Assembly: GCA_964252075.1 (NCBI GenBank)
Contig: CAXULY010000006.1
Span: 96,001 to 160,000, forward strand
Reading direction: 5' to 3'
DNA from: an uncultured Deinococcaceae bacterium
GTDB lineage: Bacteria > Deinococcota > Deinococci > Deinococcales > Deinococcaceae
Length of the DNA: 64,000 bases
Shown here: piece by piece, positions 58,163 to 64,000 of the stretch
Numbering within the stretch: position 1 is the stretch's first letter
Layout of the letters: the number at the start of each line of letters is the position of its first letter
The notes under the pieces: generated by a model
Seen by the model: only the letters and a program-made list of their open reading frames with translations
Database searches by the model: none
Told to the model about the DNA's origin: nothing
Translations under genes and position numbers: made by a program

Positions 58163-59125
58163 ATGATCGTCAAGGACCGCCCGGCCCACCCCCACACCGA
58201 CCCCTTGCGCCGCGCTGGGGACCGCGCCGAAACGCAGATGGCACACTACCTCAAGCGTGCCTTCGCCAGCGACCCCGCCGTCCACGTGTTCCACGACCTG
58301 CGCCTCGAGCACGAGGGGGAAGTCGCACAGCTTGACCACCTGATTCTGCACCGCAGCGGCGCCATCGTCGTCGAGAGCAAGAGCGTGACGAGCGCCGTGC
58401 GCATCAACGAACGCGACGAGTGGGCGCGGCTGTGGAACGGCCGCTGGACGGGCATGCCCTCCCCTGTCCTGCAGGCGCGGCGTCAAGCGGACCACCTGCG
58501 GAAACTGCTGGACGCGCACCGCGAGGCGTTGCTCGGCACGTTCATGTTCGGTTTGGTGCAGAAGGGCTTCGGGGCTTTCATCGTCGATGTGGTTGTGGCG
58601 ATCAGCGATGACGGTGTGGTGGAGCACCGTGGGACGCTCGCGGAGGTCCGGAAGGCGGATCAGGTGCCGGACCGCGTGAAGGCGTTGATGCAGGAGCACC
58701 AGAGGTTGGCGCGTCCGCTGAGCGCGGACCCGCGCTCGAAGGCCTGGGGGCTGACGATCTCGCCGGAAGAGTTCGTGCGGGTGAGCGCGTTTCTGCGCGC
58801 GAAGCATCACGACCCACGGGCGGAAGCGGCGAGCACCCAGGTGACGCATCCCACCGGACGCGCGGCGGAACCTCCCGGAGCAGCGAACACGCCTGCCGCA
58901 CCGGGCGGGTCCTTCGCGTGCCGTCACTGCCACAGCCCCGAGGTGCAGGTGACGTACGGGAAGTACGGGTATTACTTCAAGTGCACGGCGTGCGAGGGGA
59001 ACACGCCGATCACCGTGCGTTGCGAGACGTGCGGGGAGAAGGCCCGCACCCGCAAGAGCGGCAACGCGTTCTTCGCGGACTGCTCCGGGTGCCACACCAG
59101 CACCCAGTACTTCACGAACGCCTGA
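58163..59125 (+). CDS. NERD-domain putative nuclease with C-terminal zinc ribbons
   Basis: AGDRAE, QLDHLIL, VVESKS, SPVLQARRQ; four CxxC pairs at the C-terminus. Confidence 0.85.
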   Translation: MIVKDRPAHPHTDPLRRAGDRAETQMAHYLKRAFASDPAVHVFHDLRLEHEGEVAQLDHLILHRSGAIVVESKSVTSAVRINERDEWARLWNGRWTGMPSPVLQARRQADHLRKLLDAHREALLGTFMFGLVQKGFGAFIVDVVVAISDDGVVEHRGTLAEVRKADQVPDRVKALMQEHQRLARPLSADPRSKAWGLTISPEEFVRVSAFLRAKHHDPRAEAASTQVTHPTGRAAEPPGAANTPAAPGGSFACRHCHSPEVQVTYGKYGYYFKCTACEGNTPITVRCETCGEKARTRKSGNAFFADCSGCHTSTQYFTNA

Positions 59126-59303
59126 CGGCACCGTTGTGGAGGTGACCGGCACCGCCACGCCCGCACATGAATGCGCACGCAGGGGCGGACGGGCGTGCGC
59201 CTCGGTCCGCCCCGCGAGGGCGAGCGGGGGTGTCTCCACTGATGTCCTCGTTCGCCCGCACGGTGCTCGCCGCTGCTCCGGTCCACGTGCGCTGGTGCGG
59301 CGC

Positions 59304-60509
59304 TCAGGCGGGCAGGGTCAGCGCTTCACGTTCCCGTGGGTAATAGCTCAGGCGTTGACAGCCGCGCTCGGTGATGACGATGGTGTCGCTGTGCCGGAAG
59401 CCGCCGAGGTCGGGGTGGTACAGGCCCGGCTCGACGGAGAACACCATGCCGACTTCGAGTGTCACGTCGCTGCCCCGGTCCAGGAAGGGCCACTCATGGT
59501 TCCTGGAGCCCAGGCCGTGCCCCGTGTGGTGCCGCCAGTACGGCATCAGGTGCTCGCGCTGGTAGTACTGGCGGACCGCTTCATCCACCGCGGCAGCGGG
59601 GATGCCCGGCCGCAGCGTCTCGAACGCGATGTCCTGCAGGTTCAGCATGTGCTGAAACATCGCGCGCTGCGCTTCGGTCGGTTCCCCGAGAAACATCGTG
59701 CGTTCCAGCTCCGAGTAGTATCCCCACATGGGGGCGGTCGCGCCCGTCACGAGCGTGTCGCCCGCCGCGAAGCGCGCGCCGGTGGTGGTGACGTGCGGCA
59801 GGCTGGATTGCCGGCCGACCTGCCCGCGGTAGGTGGCGAGCACGCCGTCGCCGAAGAAGCCCAGGGCGTTGGCTTTGTGCTGCGCGCCGAGCGCGCCGCG
59901 CATCGCGACGGTCGCTTCCTGACTGGCGCGTTGCCCCACCTCGAGCTCCCCGGCGCCGACTTTGGTGTACTCCTGCAACAGCGCGTGCCCGAGGTTCGCC
60001 CAGCGCATGCTCTCCCGGATGAGCATCAGTTCGTGATCGCTTTTGATGCTCATCTGGTGGTTGATGGTGTCGGCGATGATCGTGAGGGCCGCGCCGGTCA
60101 CCGCCTGCAGGGTCGGTCCGCTGTACCCGCAGAGTCCCGGGTACCCGTCCTGGTCGGCGGCGAGGGCGCCTGTCAGGCCCTCCTCGGCGAGGAGGTCGGC
60201 GAGGTGGTGCATGGGGTGGCGCTCGCCGGGGTACTCGTCGTAGGTGCCGACCCGCCGAGCGCAGCTGGTGTGCTGGGCGTGCTCCAGCTCGAGGCGCGGC
60301 ACGAACAGCAGCACGTCCGCTTCCTGCGTGACGATGAGCGCGATGGGCCGTTCGGTGGGGTAGAACGCGAAGCCGCTGTAGTACATGACGCGGTGCGGGT
60401 CGAACAGCACGGCGGCGGTGGCGTTGAGGCGCTCAAGGTGCGCGGCGAGCTGCCGCGCCCGCCCGGCGTACTCTTCCGGTGGGGGTTTGAGGGTGTCGAC
60501 GCTGATCAA
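59304..60509 (-). CDS. M24 family (Xaa-Pro peptidase / creatinase-like) hydrolase
   Basis: IKSDHEL, GYYSELERT, HHTGHGLG, HEWP, GMVFSVEPGLY, GGFRHSDT. Confidence 0.9.
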   Translation of the reverse strand: MISVDTLKPPPEEYAGRARQLAAHLERLNATAAVLFDPHRVMYYSGFAFYPTERPIALIVTQEADVLLFVPRLELEHAQHTSCARRVGTYDEYPGERHPMHHLADLLAEEGLTGALAADQDGYPGLCGYSGPTLQAVTGAALTIIADTINHQMSIKSDHELMLIRESMRWANLGHALLQEYTKVGAGELEVGQRASQEATVAMRGALGAQHKANALGFFGDGVLATYRGQVGRQSSLPHVTTTGARFAAGDTLVTGATAPMWGYYSELERTMFLGEPTEAQRAMFQHMLNLQDIAFETLRPGIPAAAVDEAVRQYYQREHLMPYWRHHTGHGLGSRNHEWPFLDRGSDVTLEVGMVFSVEPGLYHPDLGGFRHSDTIVITERGCQRLSYYPREREALTLPA

Positions 60510-61483
60510 GCGGGGACCGCCTGCACGTCCGCCTCGGGCTGCGCCTCGAGGGTTTCGGCGGTGCTGAGGTCACCCAGCATGTACCCGTAGTCCCCAGGGT
60601 GCGTGCGGCTCACGGTGTGCCGAACGAGGACGAGGTGCGTCTGGTCGAAGGGCGCCTCGAAGCGCTCCAGCTCCTCGAACGTCTGCGGGTCGCGCATGAC
60701 GCCCAGCAGGGTGCCGCCCGGCACCGCCGTGCCGAGTTGCGTGGCGTTCACGTGCGGTTCGAGGATGCCACCGAAGGTGGGGCGGACGATGCGGATGTCG
60801 TGCAGCAGGGTCTGCTGGGGTGCGGGGCGGGCGGCACCCGGAATGACCTGCAGGTGCCGCAGGGCGTTGAGCACGCCGTTGAGGCCCCGCTCGAGGTACT
60901 GTTCGTCCAGCTGGCCGCCGCCGCCGATTTCCGCGACGACGACCTTGGTGCCGTGCGTTTCGATGAGGTCCGTGCCGAGCGTGCCTTTATAAGACTTGCC
61001 CTGGTAGAGGGTGGGGAACAGGAACGCGCGGGAGATGTCGGGGGCGTTCATCACGTACACGTAATCCACGGTCGGCACGGCACCGCCCGAGTGCAGGTCC
61101 AGCAGGACGTCCGTGGTCGGCGCGATGTATGCGTTGAGTTGGCGCGCGATGAGGTCGCTGAGCCACGCGTCGTCCGTGCCGGGGAACACGCGGTTGAGGT
61201 TCTGCATGTCGGTGGGCGTGTTGCGCGTGAAGCTGTCGAACGCCAAGGGGTTGCACAGGGGGATGATGATGATGCGCCCGCGGATGTCCTGCGGGTTGAG
61301 TTGCGCGGCGAGCCGCTGGGCGATCACGATGGGCGGCAGTTCATCGCCGTGAATGCCGGCGGTGATGGTGACGGTCGGCCCGTCCTGCGCGCCCTGGAAG
61401 ACGTGCGCGGCGATGCGCAGGTCCAGGCCGCCGGCGGTGCGGGTGACGGGAATCCATTCGAGGGTGCGGGTGGCTTCAGGCAT
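60506..61483 (-). CDS. Succinylglutamate desuccinylase / aspartoacylase family deacylase
   Basis: AGIHGDE, NLNRVFPG, LDLHSGG, AEIGGG. Confidence 0.9.
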   Translation of the reverse strand: MPEATRTLEWIPVTRTAGGLDLRIAAHVFQGAQDGPTVTITAGIHGDELPPIVIAQRLAAQLNPQDIRGRIIIIPLCNPLAFDSFTRNTPTDMQNLNRVFPGTDDAWLSDLIARQLNAYIAPTTDVLLDLHSGGAVPTVDYVYVMNAPDISRAFLFPTLYQGKSYKGTLGTDLIETHGTKVVVAEIGGGGQLDEQYLERGLNGVLNALRHLQVIPGAARPAPQQTLLHDIRIVRPTFGGILEPHVNATQLGTAVPGGTLLGVMRDPQTFEELERFEAPFDQTHLVLVRHTVSRTHPGDYGYMLGDLSTAETLEAQPEADVQAVPA

Positions 61484-62792
61484 GGGGTCCTCCGGGGTGC
61501 GAGAAGGCGGCTCGGGTGGCGTCCAGGAACAGCTCGAGGTCGGCGTCGGTGTGCGCGTCGGAGAAGGCGCTGTGCAGCAGCGGGCCGTGCGCGGCGATGA
61601 GGTGGCGCGCGGTCATGGCGTTCAGCCACGCGCGGTACAGCTGCGCGTCGGTGGTGCTGGCGCTGCGGTAGTCCCGCACCGGTTCGAGCGTGAAGTACGG
61701 TTGGAGGTGGCCGCCGCCGCCGAGCAGCTGGGCGGGCACGCCGTGCTCGCGCGCGAGGGCGTCGAAGGCGCGTTTGAGGTCCTGCGTGCGGGCATCGAGG
61801 CGCGCGGCGACCGCGCCGTCCTGAAGGAGTTCGAGGCTGGCGAGGCAGGCGGCGAGCGCGGGGCGGAAGCCGTTGAAGGTGCCGATGAAGGGCGCGTTGT
61901 TCGGGCCGGGCGCGGTGCGTTCCATCAGGTCGCGGCGGCCCGCGAGGGCGGCGATGGGGAAGCCGTTGGCGAGGCCCTTGCTCCAGAGGCTGAGGTCGGG
62001 CGTGACGCCGGAGCGGCCCTGGGCGCCGGCCGGGCCGAGGCGGAAGCCGGTGAGGAGTTCATCGAAAATCAGGAGGATGCCGAGTTCCGCGGTGAGGTCC
62101 CGCAGGCCCTGCAGGTACCCGGGTTCAGGTTCGATGAACCCGACGTCGATCATGACGGGCTCGATGAACAGCGCGGCGAGGTCCTCGCGGCGCTCGGTGA
62201 GGACCTCGCGGGCGGCGTTCAGGTCGTTGAAGGGCAGGACGACGGTCGCGCCCACGTCGCGCCGCAGGCCGGGCGCGCCGGGCAGCGCCATGGGCCTCTG
62301 CGCGGGCCCGGCCTGGCGGAGGTCCGGCCAGGTGCTGACGTACACGTCGTCCCACCAGCCGTGGTACGCGCCCTCCATTTTCGCGATGCCGCTCCGGCCG
62401 GTGACGACGCGCGCGAGGTGCACGGCGTGCAGCGCCGCTTCCGTGCCGGTGTTCGTGAAGCGCACCTGCTCGGCGGTGTGGACGCTTTGGAGGAAGCGCT
62501 CGGCGGCGAGGACGCTCAGTTCACTCTCCACGCCCGCACCCAGGCCGTCTTGCAGGGCGCGGTGAACGGCGTCGGTGATGGCGGGGTGGCCGTGACCGAG
62601 CAGTACGGCGGCGTTGCCCATCAGGAAGTCCGTCCATTGCTGCCCGTCAACGTCCCACAGTTGACTGCCGGCGGCGCGCGCGTAGTAGCGGACGGGGGGC
62701 GTGCTGGCGCGGGTGTTGGAGTGCGCGCCAGCGGGGATGCTGTGCAGGGCGCGGCGGTAGAGGATGTCCGCGCGGCTGGTGGTGTCGGTCAT
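61476..62792 (-). CDS. Class III PLP aminotransferase (GSA-aminomutase-like)
   Basis: WDVDG, LLGHGHP, RFTNTGTEA, EGAYHG, LIFDELLTGFR, PDLSLWSKGLANGFP, GTFNG. Confidence 0.9.
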   Translation of the reverse strand: MTDTTSRADILYRRALHSIPAGAHSNTRASTPPVRYYARAAGSQLWDVDGQQWTDFLMGNAAVLLGHGHPAITDAVHRALQDGLGAGVESELSVLAAERFLQSVHTAEQVRFTNTGTEAALHAVHLARVVTGRSGIAKMEGAYHGWWDDVYVSTWPDLRQAGPAQRPMALPGAPGLRRDVGATVVLPFNDLNAAREVLTERREDLAALFIEPVMIDVGFIEPEPGYLQGLRDLTAELGILLIFDELLTGFRLGPAGAQGRSGVTPDLSLWSKGLANGFPIAALAGRRDLMERTAPGPNNAPFIGTFNGFRPALAACLASLELLQDGAVAARLDARTQDLKRAFDALAREHGVPAQLLGGGGHLQPYFTLEPVRDYRSASTTDAQLYRAWLNAMTARHLIAAHGPLLHSAFSDAHTDADLELFLDATRAAFSHPGGPHA

Positions 62793-63982
62793 TGGTCACC
62801 TGTGGCCCAGTGGGCGAAGAGGGTGCTGGGGGAGTGCATGCGGGCGTACAGGTGCTGCACCGCGCGGTCCTGCTGGAAGGCCGGGACCGCCTGCCAGAAG
62901 CGCCGGGTGAGTTCGTTGCCCCACCAGTAGCTGTAAATGAAGGGGGCGCGCAGGCGGTGCGTGAAGAAGCGCAGGCGCGCCTCGATCCACGCGTCGCTTT
63001 GCTGCAGGGTGGCGCGCAGGAAGTCCGCGACGTCCGCGGGGGTGCGCCGCTGGGTGTTGAGGGCGTGCGCCGCCTCGATGGAGCAGAGCTGCTGGAGGCG
63101 CGTGAGGTGCCACTCCACCTGGTCCAGGGGCGTGTCCCGCCAGTGAATCAGGTCCAGAGCGGCTTCGGCGATGCCTTCGTAGAGCACGCTGGAGGCGCTG
63201 TTGGTAAGGATCAGGGCGCCGTCGATGGGCATCTCGCCGGTGCGGGTGAGGTGCTCGCGGTGCGCCATGTGCACGTCGTGCCCTGGGTACGCTTCGTGCC
63301 CGACGAGGTGCTTGAGGGCGCTGCGGGTGTACGTGAAGTCCCCGTTGAGCCACACGCGCCGCCCGGGGTAATCGCAGTAGGCGCTGAAGGGCACGCCGTA
63401 CACGACGTGCGCTTGGATGGGCTGGGCGTGCACGGTGAGTTGCGGGAGGTGTCGCTTGACGCGCGCGCGGCCTTCGTCGAGCAAGCGCTGCAGGGTGTCC
63501 TGGACGTCCGCGGTGGGCACCGCGTCTTGCTCATGGTAGGCGGCGAGGCCGGCGGGGCCGGTGGGCAGGCCCGCGGCGCGCAGGGCGTGATCGAGGGCCG
63601 CCTGGTGGTCGGCGAGTTGCGCGGCGCTGGGCGGAGCGGGCGGAACGCGCAGGCAGCGCGCGACGACCGCTTCGTAATCGAGGGTGTCGCCGGACACCCA
63701 GCCCAGCAGGTGGCGGGTGGCGAGGGCCTGCTCGGTCAGCCAGTCGCGCTGCTGGGGGTCCTTGAGGGCGCTCGCCTCGACCGCCAGGTCCGTGAGCTGG
63801 CGCATGGCGTCGCGTGGGTCGAGGGCTTCGGCCTCGAGGTGCGTCCAGTGCACGGGCACCAGCCCTTCCGCTTCGAGGGCGCGGTCGCCTGCAGTGGGCC
63901 GCTCGCGGTAGGCGCGGTCCGCGCCGAGGACCGTGAGGGTGTAGCGCTTGGAGAGGTCGTGCGCGTCGGGGGTGCGGCTCAT
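62789..63982 (-). CDS. DUF885-like putative metallopeptidase
   Basis: HEAYPGHDVH motif with downstream YEGIAE; GGAGG RBS; ATGA overlap with the next gene. Confidence 0.65.
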   Translation of the reverse strand: MSRTPDAHDLSKRYTLTVLGADRAYRERPTAGDRALEAEGLVPVHWTHLEAEALDPRDAMRQLTDLAVEASALKDPQQRDWLTEQALATRHLLGWVSGDTLDYEAVVARCLRVPPAPPSAAQLADHQAALDHALRAAGLPTGPAGLAAYHEQDAVPTADVQDTLQRLLDEGRARVKRHLPQLTVHAQPIQAHVVYGVPFSAYCDYPGRRVWLNGDFTYTRSALKHLVGHEAYPGHDVHMAHREHLTRTGEMPIDGALILTNSASSVLYEGIAEAALDLIHWRDTPLDQVEWHLTRLQQLCSIEAAHALNTQRRTPADVADFLRATLQQSDAWIEARLRFFTHRLRAPFIYSYWWGNELTRRFWQAVPAFQQDRAVQHLYARMHSPSTLFAHWATGDQ

Positions 63983-64000
63983 CCGGTGGTCCTCCTGGGA

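Noticed and set aside
948..62930. Many long ORFs in the track (e.g. 948..3218 -, 6251..8758 +, 13878..16214 +, 41084..43138 -, 48272..51046 -, 61353..62930 +)
   Set aside because: Antisense or off-frame shadows of recognisable genes, expected in high-GC DNA; Arg/Ala/Pro/Gly-rich with no motifs.
1..64000. IS elements, integrases, prophage or rRNA genes
   Set aside because: No transposase, recombinase, phage or rRNA signatures recognised.

Overview
GC-rich (about 70% by eye) bacterial window that looks like Deinococcus. It has an RDRM/DdrO-type palindrome upstream of an SRAP gene and many leaderless genes with a TAnnnT -10 box 5-7 nt before the start codon. Content is mostly accessory: a full-length Bcs1-like AAA ATPase; two sugar-utilisation loci (GntR/FadR-controlled with GH63-like, GH2 and GH172 genes; ROK-controlled with GH66); a MerR-vWA pair; a Csu-type chaperone-usher pilus operon; several TetR/MerR oxidoreductase modules; a two-component system; a NERD nuclease; and an M24/aspartoacylase/aminotransferase operon. 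The standout signal, missed by the ORF track, is at 23.0-27.6 kb. Three tandem micro-ORFs each have a strong Shine-Dalgarno site: MTEKCIF twice, differing only by silent changes, and MNDVIVFVIVF. They lie behind a direct-repeat promoter and in front of an MFS exporter, which converges on a SARP/BTAD-NB-ARC-TPR regulator. This is a candidate undescribed peptide-signalling system. Also seen: a degenerate tRNA-like cloverleaf, three genes each broken by a single in-frame TAG, a frameshifted FNT channel and a perfect 42-bp palindrome. All family calls come from recognising motifs by eye; no searches were run.
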